33,360 nt of DNA, taken from contig VFFY01000137.1 in assembly GCA_009392675.1 (NCBI GenBank), forward strand, positions 1 to 33,360, read 5' to 3'. Source of the DNA: SAR202 cluster bacterium (lineage in GTDB: Bacteria > Chloroflexota > Dehalococcoidia > Lucifugimonadales > UBA826). Positions 7,625 through 16,544 of the stretch are shown one piece after another. A program made the position numbers and the translations under genes. How positions within the stretch are numbered: position 1 is the stretch's first letter; the number at the start of each line of letters is the position of its first letter. Below the pieces are notes generated by a model. The model was not told where the DNA came from, ran no database searches, and was given only the letters and a program-made list of their open reading frames with translations.

Positions 7625-9121
7625 ATGACAGAAAAATATATCCTTGCAATTGATCAAGGAACCACGGGTACGACAGTGGCTTTGGTGAATTCTCGTGGAG
7701 AATTATATGCATCCAGCTATAGAGAAATAACTCAATTTTACCCGAATCCGGGCTGGGTAGAACATGACCCACATGAAATAATTGAAAGTGTGTTTTCCTG
7801 CATGCGTGAGGTCATTGAGGTTTCTAAAGTCTCGTTGAAAAACATAGTTTCCATCGGTATCGCAAACCAAAGAGAAACCACTCTAATATGGGAAAGGAAA
7901 AGTGGGATACCAATACACAAAGCGATTGTATGGCAATGTAGAAGAACAACTGACATATGCCAGGAATTGATTGGTACTCCTGAGGCTGAAACGATAACCA
8001 AGGCAACAGGATTATCAATAGACCCGTATTTCTCAGCAACCAAAATAAAATGGATATTAGATACCGTACCAGGGGCATATATCAAGGCCAAGGATGGGGA
8101 TTTGGCGTTTGGAACTGTTGATACTTGGATAATATGGAATATGACCAACGGTAAAAATCATGTGACGGATGTAACAAACGCATCTCGCACAATGCTCTTT
8201 GATCTAAAAACTCTAGGATGGTCCAAACAAATCTTGGATATTTTTGATATACCAGTTGAGTTATTACCTGAAATTTGCGATTCAGATGCCCAATTTGGAT
8301 TATGTGAAGCTGATATCTTAGGCGAATTCAAATTCCCTATTTCTGGAGTCCTCGGTGACCAGCATGCCTCTATGTTCGGACAGGCCTGTTTTTCGGTTGG
8401 GTCAGCCAAGTGTACTTATGGGACGGGGGCCTTTTTATTGATGAATATCGGTAAAGACATCAAGATTTCTGACAGGGGATTACTTTCTACAATTGCCTGG
8501 AAAGTTAAGGGTGAAGTGGAATATGCCTTAGAGGGTAGCGTTTTTTCGGCTGGAGCAACCGTTCAATGGTTGAGAGATGAAGTGGAGCTCATTGAATCTT
8601 CTGCAGAAGTGGAGGTACTTGCCCGTTCTGTGCTAGATAACGGGGGCATATATTTAGTTCCAGCATTTACAGGTTTGGGAGCCCCCCATTGGGACATGAA
8701 TGCCAGAGCCACTATGGTTGGTATGACGAGAGGGACGAATAAAGGACACATAGCTAGAGCAGCCCTAGAAGCTATTAGCTACCAGTGCCAAGAAGTTTTG
8801 AAAATAATGCAACAAGATTCTGGTTGTGAAATATCTGAACTTAAGGTTGATGGCGGTGCTACGGGCAACGAGCTCCTGATGCAGATGCAAGCGGATATTA
8901 GTAATCTTCGGGTGAACAGATCAGCCGTTCAGGAGACTACCGTTCTTGGCGCAGCCTTTATAGCTGGTATAGGGGCCGGATTCTGGAAATACAAGTCGGA
9001 CATATCTTCAATATGGGATTCACAGGGGGTATATACTCCTTCAATGACTGGTGAAGAAAGAACCGAGAAATTAAGGTTCTGGGCGAAGGCGGTGGAAAGA
9101 TCAAAAGCATGGATTTCTTAA
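7625..9121 (+). CDS. glpK: Glycerol kinase
   Basis: ILAIDQGTTGTT, PGWVEHDP, GIANQRETT, IVWQCRRT, DPYFSATKIKW, FGTVDTWIIWN and HVTDVTNASRTMLF are near-collinear with E. coli GlpK. ATG 7625 is preferred to the track's GTG 7616. Confidence 0.95.
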   Translation: MTEKYILAIDQGTTGTTVALVNSRGELYASSYREITQFYPNPGWVEHDPHEIIESVFSCMREVIEVSKVSLKNIVSIGIANQRETTLIWERKSGIPIHKAIVWQCRRTTDICQELIGTPEAETITKATGLSIDPYFSATKIKWILDTVPGAYIKAKDGDLAFGTVDTWIIWNMTNGKNHVTDVTNASRTMLFDLKTLGWSKQILDIFDIPVELLPEICDSDAQFGLCEADILGEFKFPISGVLGDQHASMFGQACFSVGSAKCTYGTGAFLLMNIGKDIKISDRGLLSTIAWKVKGEVEYALEGSVFSAGATVQWLRDEVELIESSAEVEVLARSVLDNGGIYLVPAFTGLGAPHWDMNARATMVGMTRGTNKGHIARAALEAISYQCQEVLKIMQQDSGCEISELKVDGGATGNELLMQMQADISNLRVNRSAVQETTVLGAAFIAGIGAGFWKYKSDISSIWDSQGVYTPSMTGEERTEKLRFWAKAVERSKAWIS

Positions 9122-9137
9122 ATACGGGAGATAAAAT

Positions 9138-10187
9138 ATGCCTACAGTTATGCCTGATGATTTAGAAAAAATTTCTGTGGGTTTACTTATCGGAGCAGGC
9201 GTATCAACAGATGAAGCCAAAGTGGTATCACGTTTGTCTATTTCTGCCAACTTAGCTGGACATGATTCGCACGGAATAATTCAGATCCCCACTTATATCG
9301 ACAGGATTAATAGGGGCCATATAGTGCCAGGAGCAGAATATGAGGTCGTGAAAGATACGCCTACCACGACGGTAGTAGACGGACATTGGGGATTTGGATA
9401 TGTAGTCACCGAACGACTGATGATGCAAACCATTGAGAAGGCTAAATCTCAGAATATAGCGGCTGCTACTGTGTATCGACAAAGTCATATTGGTCGCCTC
9501 GCAGCCTATCCTTTGATAGCTGCCCACGCTGGCATGATTGCCATGATCACCGCTGACTCTGGCCGTTCGTCAAAGGCGGTGGTTCCCTTTGGTGGTCGAG
9601 AGAAACGGCTAGGCACGAATCCGATTTCTATCGCTATGCCAAGCAATTTGGAAGGGCCCTTTTTTTTGGATATGGCCACTAGCGCGGTGGCTGCGGGGAA
9701 AATAAATTTAGCCCAGGCTAGAGGAGACTCTATCCCAAGCGGCTGGATCGTCAAAGAAGATGGAAAAGATACTACGGATCCAAATGAATTGAAGAATGGT
9801 GGGGCAATTCTACCTTTAGGAGGAGATCAGGGTCACAAGGGTTATGGCCTGTCATCGATTGTAGAAATATTTTCAGGAATATTAACCGGGTTGGGATTTG
9901 GGCATGACCCTTCCGGTAGACATAATGACGGTTGCTTCATATCAGTTTTCAATGTGTCAGCTTTTAGAGATTTGAAAGATTTTAAGGAAGAGGTTACTGA
10001 ATTTGCTTCCTACTTAAAAAGTTCAGAGACCGCACCTGGGTTCAAAGAAATTTTGTATCCCGGGGAAATAGAACATAGAAACGAAACCAGACAAAAAAAA
10101 GAAGGTATTTTTGTAGAAGATTCTACGTGGGAAAGTTTGAAGTCATTGGCAGATAATTACAACATAACATCTGAGTTGCCATTTTAA
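9138..10187 (+). CDS. Ldh_2 family (malate / L-lactate / sulfolactate-type) NAD(P)H-dependent oxidoreductase
   Basis: 349 aa. ANLAGHDSHGI, QSHIGRL, GTNPISIA and GGDQGHKGYGL blocks fit the Ldh_2 family. It starts 16 nt after the glpK stop, with GGGAG 8 nt upstream. Confidence 0.85.
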   Translation: MPTVMPDDLEKISVGLLIGAGVSTDEAKVVSRLSISANLAGHDSHGIIQIPTYIDRINRGHIVPGAEYEVVKDTPTTTVVDGHWGFGYVVTERLMMQTIEKAKSQNIAAATVYRQSHIGRLAAYPLIAAHAGMIAMITADSGRSSKAVVPFGGREKRLGTNPISIAMPSNLEGPFFLDMATSAVAAGKINLAQARGDSIPSGWIVKEDGKDTTDPNELKNGGAILPLGGDQGHKGYGLSSIVEIFSGILTGLGFGHDPSGRHNDGCFISVFNVSAFRDLKDFKEEVTEFASYLKSSETAPGFKEILYPGEIEHRNETRQKKEGIFVEDSTWESLKSLADNYNITSELPF

Positions 10188-10201
10188 CCCAATGACACTT
10201 G

Positions 10202-11296
10202 TTAAATTGCCCCTGCTATAACGTCTCCCATAACTACTGTGTTTACCTGATTGCCTCCATCACTCGAAATGTCGGCAGTTCTATAGCCTTCTGAAAGGGC
10301 GGCATCAACAGATTTCTCGATGCAATCGGCTTCTTGGTGCATCCCAAACGATAGCCTTAGCATCATTGCTGTGCTAAGTATTGAGCCGATCGGATTGGCG
10401 ATTCCTTTTCCTGCTATGTCAGGTGCGCTGCCATGTATTGGTTCATACAAACTTACCTTACTACTTGTACCAGAATTGCCCGGGAGACTAGATAGACTTG
10501 CTGACGGCAGCATCCCCATAGAGCCAGATAAAACCGAAGCCTCATCGCTCAGAATGTCCCCGAAGGTATTTTCCGAGACAATAACGTCAAAGTCCGAGGG
10601 GTTCCTAATTAATTGCATTGCAGCGTTATCGACCAAAATATGATCCAACTCAACCTCTGGATACCCCTCGCCCACTTCAACCGCTATCTCTCTCCAGAGT
10701 CTTGAAGATTCAAGGACATTTTGTTTATCTACAGAAGTCAGCTTTTTACGGCGTTCCATAGCTAACTCAAATCCCACTTTTAAAATTCTTACAATCTCAG
10801 CTTCCGTATATTTAAGGGTATCGACCCCTCTTCTTCCTCTCGACGTCTTCCATCGTTTTTTGGGTTTGCCGAAATATAAACCACCAGTTAATTCTCTCAA
10901 TACCATCATATCCACCCCTTTCAAAACCTCAGGCTTCAGGGGACTTGAATTTATCAAGGACGGATAAACTTTAACTGGTCTTAAATTAGCGAATAAGCCT
11001 AAGGATTTCCGAATAGCCAATATGCCATCTTCTGGTCGGACATCAACATTCGGATCATCCCATTTGGGACCACCGACGGCGCCGAATAAAATTGCATCTG
11101 AGTCACTGCAAGTGTCGATAGTTTCCTGAGGCAATGGTGTTCCGCAATCATCAATAGCATTTCCCCCTACCCTTCCCGACCTGATTTGGAAATCGTGTCC
11201 AAATCGATTGCCTATTGCTTCTAGAACTTTTATAGATTCAGTAATTACCTCTGGGCCAATCCCATCTCCTGGTAATACTGCTATAGATATTTTCAT
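10202..11296 (-). CDS. leuB: 3-isopropylmalate dehydrogenase
   Basis: MKISIAVLPGDGIGPEV, VRELTGGLYFG, NLFGDILSDEAS and EPIHGSAPDIAGKGIANP. ATG 11296 (GGAG 6 nt upstream) is preferred to the track's 11308. Confidence 0.93.
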   Translation of the reverse strand: MKISIAVLPGDGIGPEVITESIKVLEAIGNRFGHDFQIRSGRVGGNAIDDCGTPLPQETIDTCSDSDAILFGAVGGPKWDDPNVDVRPEDGILAIRKSLGLFANLRPVKVYPSLINSSPLKPEVLKGVDMMVLRELTGGLYFGKPKKRWKTSRGRRGVDTLKYTEAEIVRILKVGFELAMERRKKLTSVDKQNVLESSRLWREIAVEVGEGYPEVELDHILVDNAAMQLIRNPSDFDVIVSENTFGDILSDEASVLSGSMGMLPSASLSSLPGNSGTSSKVSLYEPIHGSAPDIAGKGIANPIGSILSTAMMLRLSFGMHQEADCIEKSVDAALSEGYRTADISSDGGNQVNTVVMGDVIAGAI

Positions 11297-11324
11297 AGTG
11301 TGCTCCACTTATTTAGATTTTGCA

Positions 11325-13787
11325 TTAACTGGCCACAATATTCAGTAATTTACCGGGAACATAAATTGTCTTTCTTATTTCTAACCCTTCTATATGTTTC
11401 TCGATACTGGCATTATTCAAGGCGAGTTGATTTGCATCGGATTCAGTTATGTTTACAGGAGCAGAAATTTTCGCTCTAACTTTCCCATTGATTTGTATCA
11501 CCAAGGTGATTTCGTCATCTTGTGCCAGCGATTCATCATATGCCGGCCATGGTTGGGTGTGTATGCTGAACGCCATACCCGATATTTCCCATAATTCCTC
11601 GGATAAATGGGGGACTATTGGTGCCATCATCACGTAAAGGGTGCGAGTGAGGCGTAGCCAATCATCATAGCTGATCTTCTGGGGTATACGGTTTTCAGCT
11701 AGAGAATTTGTGAACTCCATAAGAGCGGATATTGCAGTGTTGTATTTGAATCTTTCTATATCCGCTCCCACCCGCATAATAGTTTTATGTAAAAGTCTGT
11801 TTAGCTCTCTTTTTGATGCAGGATCTGATTTTTGTGCAAAAATACCGGGATCGAAATTGGATATGTCCCAAACTTTATTGAGCCAACGAGCAGCCCCGTT
11901 AATCCCAGAATCATTCCATTCACCGCCTTGCTCCCAAGGTCCGATAAACATCAAATAGGTTCGAACCGTATCCGCCCCAACTTCAGAAACGTAATCATCC
12001 GGGGCGATCACATTTCCGCGAGACTTACTCATCTTTGCGCCTTTGTAAATTATTGTTCCTTGGTTGAACAATCTTTTAAACGGTTCATCATATTTGATTA
12101 AACCAAGGTCACGTGCGGCCTTGACGAAGAACCTTGAATACAGCAAGTGCATTACTGCATGTTCCACTCCACCGGTGTATTGATCAACTGGATTCCAGAG
12201 TTGAGCAGACTTTTCATCAAATGCTGCGGCCGAATGCTTTGGGCTGACATACCTTAGAAAATACCACGATGAGTCCACAAAGGTATCCATCGTGTCTGTT
12301 TCTCTCTTGCCAGGTTTACCACAATCAGGACACTCAGCGTTAACAAATTCGGTATGGAGGGCCAGGGGGGACTCACCGGTTGGTAAAAATTCGGCATCTT
12401 CCGGGAGTACCACAGGAAGATCCTCTTCCTTGACAGGTACGACCCCACAATCATTACAGTAAATTATGGGTATTGGTGTGCCCCAATATCTCTGTCGCGA
12501 AATAAGCCAGTCTCTCATTCTATAATTGACAGTTTTTGTACCTAGGTTACTGTCTTCGATATGGTCCGCTATCCTCAGTCGGCCTTCACTACTGCTCAAA
12601 CCGTTAAATTCCAGTGAATTTACCTGGGTCCCTGGAGCTATATAAGCCTCATCTAATTCGTTGCCATCCCACCCTGGAGGTGCTACAACAACTTTGATTG
12701 GGAGGTTGTATTTTTTTGCAAATGTAAAATCTCTCGTATCGTGTGCGGGAACACCCATTACAATTCCAGTTCCATATGTGTTTAGGACATAATCGCCGAT
12801 CAGTATGGGTATTCGATCCTGGGTAAGAGGATTGACACAGTAGGTTCCTAAAAACACTCCTGTCTTTTCCCTATCAATGGCTAATCGTTCCACTTCAGTG
12901 GCTTTCCTGGCACTATTTATATAGGTTTTCACAGCATCTTTTTGCTCGGGGGCAGTTAAGGCCTCCACTAATGGATGTTCTGGTGCCAATACCACAAAGG
13001 TAACTCCGTAAACAGTATCAATTCGGGTAGTGAAAGTGACTAATGTTTCTGAGTCTAGGTCGTATTCGGAAATATCAAAACCAAATTCCACACCTTCACT
13101 TTTCCCAATCCAATTTGTCTGCATTGTATTTATGCGGTCTGGCCAGTCCATTTTCGATTGATCCAGTAATTCCTCAGCATATGCCGTTATACGGAAGAAC
13201 CACTGGTTCATATCTCTATGAGTCACAGTAGTGTCACATCTCTCACATGCCCCGTCTATCACCTGCTCATTTGCTAAAACGGTTACACATGAAGGGCACC
13301 AATTCACGGGAGCAAAATCGCGATAAGCTAACCCATTTTGGTAGAACTGCAGGAAAAACCATTGGTTCCACTTGTAATATTCTGGTATGCATGTAACTAC
13401 CTCCCTTTCCCAGTCATACATCGGGCCCATAGAAGCCAGTTGCTGGCGCATTCTTTTTATGTTGTCCATTGTCCAAGAATGAGGATGGATGCCTCGTTGT
13501 ATCGCTGCGTTTTCTGCATTCAGGCCAAATGCGTCGAACCCCATTGGATGGAGAACGTTGTATCCTTGCATATTTCTAAATCTTGCGTGTATGTCTGCCC
13601 CAGTCATCGCATACCAATGCCCAACATGTAGGTCGCCCGAGGGGTAGGGATACATTGTTAATTCATACCACTTAGGCCTAGGATCGGTGTCGTCAACTTT
13701 ATATAATTGAGAATCGCGCCATCGGTTTTGCCACTTAGTCTCTATACTTTCGTGAGGGAAACGCGTATCTATTGTTTTGATTGGCAT
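11325..13787 (-). CDS. leuS: Leucyl-tRNA synthetase (bacterial type)
   Basis: 820 aa. YPSGDLHVGH (HIGH), GAKMSKSRGN (KMSKS), and an editing-domain block GTGIVMGVPAHDTRDF. Confidence 0.97.
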   Translation of the reverse strand: MPIKTIDTRFPHESIETKWQNRWRDSQLYKVDDTDPRPKWYELTMYPYPSGDLHVGHWYAMTGADIHARFRNMQGYNVLHPMGFDAFGLNAENAAIQRGIHPHSWTMDNIKRMRQQLASMGPMYDWEREVVTCIPEYYKWNQWFFLQFYQNGLAYRDFAPVNWCPSCVTVLANEQVIDGACERCDTTVTHRDMNQWFFRITAYAEELLDQSKMDWPDRINTMQTNWIGKSEGVEFGFDISEYDLDSETLVTFTTRIDTVYGVTFVVLAPEHPLVEALTAPEQKDAVKTYINSARKATEVERLAIDREKTGVFLGTYCVNPLTQDRIPILIGDYVLNTYGTGIVMGVPAHDTRDFTFAKKYNLPIKVVVAPPGWDGNELDEAYIAPGTQVNSLEFNGLSSSEGRLRIADHIEDSNLGTKTVNYRMRDWLISRQRYWGTPIPIIYCNDCGVVPVKEEDLPVVLPEDAEFLPTGESPLALHTEFVNAECPDCGKPGKRETDTMDTFVDSSWYFLRYVSPKHSAAAFDEKSAQLWNPVDQYTGGVEHAVMHLLYSRFFVKAARDLGLIKYDEPFKRLFNQGTIIYKGAKMSKSRGNVIAPDDYVSEVGADTVRTYLMFIGPWEQGGEWNDSGINGAARWLNKVWDISNFDPGIFAQKSDPASKRELNRLLHKTIMRVGADIERFKYNTAISALMEFTNSLAENRIPQKISYDDWLRLTRTLYVMMAPIVPHLSEELWEISGMAFSIHTQPWPAYDESLAQDDEITLVIQINGKVRAKISAPVNITESDANQLALNNASIEKHIEGLEIRKTIYVPGKLLNIVAS

Positions 13788-13813
13788 TTAATAATCTCTT
13801 CTTGATTTTTAAG

Positions 13814-14881
13814 CTATTTGCCTAGGGCAGATACTATGGCATCTCCAACAGAAGATGTGCTTGAAGAACCATACAAATCTGGGGTTAAAATTTCACCCTC
13901 GGAAAGGACTGATAATACCGCCTTTTCTACATCGGTTGCGGCGTCTGCATGACCTAGGTGCCTAAGAAGCATAGCCCCAGTAAGGATTTGGGCCATTGGG
14001 TTAGCAATACCCATGCCCATGATATCTGGGGCGCTGCCATGTACCGGCTCGAACATTGAGGGATATCTTCGTTCAGGATCTAAATTAGCACTCGATGCGA
14101 GCCCCATACTTCCAGTGATTATTGCGCCAATGTCTGTCAAAATATCTCCGAAAAGATTACTGGCAACAACCACATCGAAATATTCTGGTTTTCTAATGAA
14201 ATCCATTGCTGCAGCGTCCACTAGTAAGGAATCTGTAGATATATCCGGATATTCTGCAGATACCCTGTCAAAGGCTCTATCCCATACCAACATCCCATAT
14301 CCTTGCGCATTAGACTTAGTGATAGAGGTTAGGTGTTTCTTTTTATTTCGTCGGCGAGCCAGTTCAAAGGAGTAGCGGATTACCCTCTCACAACCTTTCC
14401 TTGTAAAAACCCCAGTTTGAATACCTACTTCTTCCGGAAAATCCATGTATTGGAATCCTCCGACGTTGGCATATTCCCCCTCTGTATTTTCCCGGATCAC
14501 CACCATATCAATATCGAATGGTTTTTTCCCCGACAGTGGAGATTCAATACCCTCAAATAGAACACTAGGCCGTTCACATACGTATTGGTCAAATTTTCTG
14601 CGGATAGGAAGTAACAGCCCGTTGAGGGTTATATGGTCTTGAATGTCAGGGTGACCTACAGCCCCTAGGAAGATTGCGTCGTGATTAGATAAAGTATCGA
14701 GACCGTCGGAAGGCATCATGGACCCGGTATCAATATAAAATTTAGAACTCCAGGGGTATTCATGGAAAGAAAGTTCAAAGTCATAGTTTTCTGAGACAGC
14801 GCCTAAGACCTTTATTCCTTCCTCTACTACTTCAATGCCTATCCCATCTCCTCGGATTACAGCGATATTATTCTGAACCAT
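13814..14881 (-). CDS. Tartrate / D-malate dehydrogenase (decarboxylating), DmlA/TtuC branch of the isocitrate/isopropylmalate dehydrogenase family
   Basis: 355 aa. IRGDGIGIEV, VIRENTEGEY (the DmlA/TtuC form, versus VRELTGGLYFG in LeuB), NLFGDILTD and FEPVHGSAPDI. It is near-collinear with E. coli DmlA as I recall that sequence. Confidence 0.85.
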   Translation of the reverse strand: MVQNNIAVIRGDGIGIEVVEEGIKVLGAVSENYDFELSFHEYPWSSKFYIDTGSMMPSDGLDTLSNHDAIFLGAVGHPDIQDHITLNGLLLPIRRKFDQYVCERPSVLFEGIESPLSGKKPFDIDMVVIRENTEGEYANVGGFQYMDFPEEVGIQTGVFTRKGCERVIRYSFELARRRNKKKHLTSITKSNAQGYGMLVWDRAFDRVSAEYPDISTDSLLVDAAAMDFIRKPEYFDVVVASNLFGDILTDIGAIITGSMGLASSANLDPERRYPSMFEPVHGSAPDIMGMGIANPMAQILTGAMLLRHLGHADAATDVEKAVLSVLSEGEILTPDLYGSSSTSSVGDAIVSALGK

Positions 14882-14967
14882 TTTATCTAGCTACACCTCA
14901 CCACTAATGATTTTTGGAGCCGTAAGATGATACCTGAAATGATCAGTGTTTTTTATCCAAAAGACAT

Positions 14968-15450
14968 TCATATAGTTGCGTTAATAGCATCTACCCCTAA
15001 TGTTAGTACATCTAGCGGAGGATATATTGAGGGGTTCAGGGGCTCTTTTCCAAGTTGATGAACTTTGAGCGCATTTTCGAGTACTTCATATGAGAAGAGA
15101 GACCAACCCGGGAGTAAGTCCATTATCCCATCTACGGGATAGCAATAATAAATCATGTCAATGTGTTGGTGATGCCCATCCTTTGGATCATCAATACTCT
15201 CTATTAGTATATGTCTAGGAGGTTCAATAATTTCGGGGTAATCGAAATGCAAAGTTGTGGCATTGGGATTTTTAGATATTTTTGAGACTAATCCCGTTTC
15301 CTCAAAAATTTCTCGCAATACGGCCTCGACCGGATCTTCATTCGGCTCCACATGGCCTCCCGGTGGTAGCCATAAATTTATCTTTTTATGCCAATGTAGT
15401 AGGACACCCTGGTTCCATACCACATATCCAGTAGCAGTAAAATGACGCAT
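14968..15450 (-). CDS. Nudix hydrolase
   Basis: 160 aa with a perfect Nudix box, [23 protein letters not shown] (Gx5Ex7REUxEExGU). The RBS spacing is poor (AAGGAG about 19 nt upstream). Confidence 0.85.
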   Translation of the reverse strand: MRHFTATGYVVWNQGVLLHWHKKINLWLPPGGHVEPNEDPVEAVLREIFEETGLVSKISKNPNATTLHFDYPEIIEPPRHILIESIDDPKDGHHQHIDMIYYCYPVDGIMDLLPGWSLFSYEVLENALKVHQLGKEPLNPSIYPPLDVLTLGVDAINATI

Positions 15451-15538
15451 TAAAATCGATGAATTATCTCCTTATGGACAATTTCTTTATCTTTGAAGCC
15501 AAAAATCGGTTGTGATTGACTGTATGTAGCTTCCAACA

Positions 15539-15567
15539 TTGACTTTAACACGTATCTTGCATATATT
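15539..15567 (+). promoter_or_regulatory. Putative sigma-70 promoter of the thi operon
   Basis: TTGACT (15539-15544), a 17-nt spacer, then TATATT (15562-15567). The predicted start at about 15574 lies just 5' of the riboswitch. Confidence 0.45.
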
Positions 15568-15574
15568 CTTGCTG

Positions 15575-15672
15575 AGCGAAATACGCGTAAATAGGGGAGC
15601 CTCAAATGGCTGAGAGGGTATGTGAATGCCGACCCAAGACCTGAACTGGGTAATGCCAGCGGAGGGAGTCAT
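15575..15672 (+). ncRNA. TPP (THI-box) riboswitch aptamer
   Basis: UAGGGGAGC..GGCUGAGAGG..ACCC..GACCUGAACUGGGUAAUGCCAGCGGAGGGA matches the conserved TPP aptamer core (GGGG.GC, CUGAGA, ACCUGA.CUGG.UAAUGCCAGCG.AGGGA). It lies directly upstream of thiG. The boundaries are approximate. Confidence 0.9.
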
Positions 15673-15686
15673 GGATCAAATCTCCG

Positions 15687-15712
15687 ATCACCCTCCAGGG
15701 GTGATTTTTTTG
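15687..15712 (+). terminator. Intrinsic terminator serving as the riboswitch expression platform
   Basis: 7-bp stem ATCACCC (15687-15693) / GGGTGAT (15699-15705), loop TCCAG, followed by a run of 7 T. CCCTCC (15691-15696) in the 5' arm is complementary to GGAGGG (15661-15666) at the aptamer 3' end, which could form an antiterminator. Confidence 0.7.
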
Positions 15713-15761
15713 TCTATATAATTTATATGGCCGGTAATTTGGATGGCCAAGGAGATATTAA

Positions 15762-16538
15762 ATGGAAGATCCTTTAGTTATAGCAGGTAAGGAATTTAGC
15801 TCTAGATTGATGGTTGGGACTGGGCGTCACCGAACTATGCAGGAAATGATAGATTCAGTAAGAGCTTCTGGTACACAGATAATAACTGTGGCCATAGGTA
15901 GGCTCAATTTGCAAGATATTAATGAAAAAACCATTTTGGATTATTTCGACTGGGATAACTACACAATATTACCAAATACTGCCGGTAGTAAAACTTCAGA
16001 AGAAGCCGTATTGACCGCTCGCTTAGCCCGAGAAGTGACAGGTTCTTCCTGGATTAAGCTTGAAGTTATTCCTGACATAAGTCATTTATTGCCAGACCCA
16101 ATTGGGACTTACGATGCTGCTAGAGAACTGGTAGAAGATGGCTTTGATGTTCTGCCTTATATTCATGCAGATCCGGTGCTGGCCCACAGATTAGCTGAAC
16201 TTGGCTGCGCAACGGTAATGCCGTTGGGATCAACTATAGGTTCAGGTCAAGGTATATTGACTATGGAAGAAATTGAAATGATTATTAGCGACGTAGAGGT
16301 GCCTGTGGTAGTAGATGCGGGTTTGGCCGTACCTTCTGATGCGTCAAAGGCCTTAGAGGCAGGAGCGGACGCAGTTTTAGTTAATACCGCCATTGCTCAA
16401 GCTAACGATCCCGTGGCAATGGGAGAATCTTTCAAATTAGGAGTTGCTGCTGGCCGCAAGGCCTTTCTGGCAGGCCGAATTGATAGAAGGAAATCAGCAA
16501 TATCAAGCAGCCCCGGTGCAGGGGTCAATTCTGGCTGA
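15762..16538 (+). CDS. thiG: Thiazole synthase
   Basis: 258 aa. GKEFSSRLMVGTG, IKLEVI.D, LPY and VMPLGS.IGSG motifs, with AAGGAG 7 nt upstream. Confidence 0.95.
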   Translation: MEDPLVIAGKEFSSRLMVGTGRHRTMQEMIDSVRASGTQIITVAIGRLNLQDINEKTILDYFDWDNYTILPNTAGSKTSEEAVLTARLAREVTGSSWIKLEVIPDISHLLPDPIGTYDAARELVEDGFDVLPYIHADPVLAHRLAELGCATVMPLGSTIGSGQGILTMEEIEMIISDVEVPVVVDAGLAVPSDASKALEAGADAVLVNTAIAQANDPVAMGESFKLGVAAGRKAFLAGRIDRRKSAISSSPGAGVNSG

Positions 16539-16544
16539 AATTTG

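Noticed and set aside
7738-8751. Several - strand ORFs (62-136 aa) inside glpK
   Set aside because: They are antisense to a near-canonical glycerol kinase and have no motifs.
13788-13813. Possible T-box or leucine leader upstream of leuS (also 14882-14967)
   Set aside because: The spacers are only 26 and 86 nt, too short for a T-box. No Leu-codon-rich mini-ORF or specifier/antiterminator structure is visible.
14013-14642. Three + strand ORFs (65-120 aa) inside the DmlA-like gene; similar ORFs occur inside leuB, leuS and the dehydratase
   Set aside because: They are shadow frames of strongly supported genes.
15487-15672. 61-aa - strand ORF
   Set aside because: It lies exactly over the thi promoter and TPP riboswitch aptamer on the opposite strand. 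The conserved RNA motifs explain the sequence.
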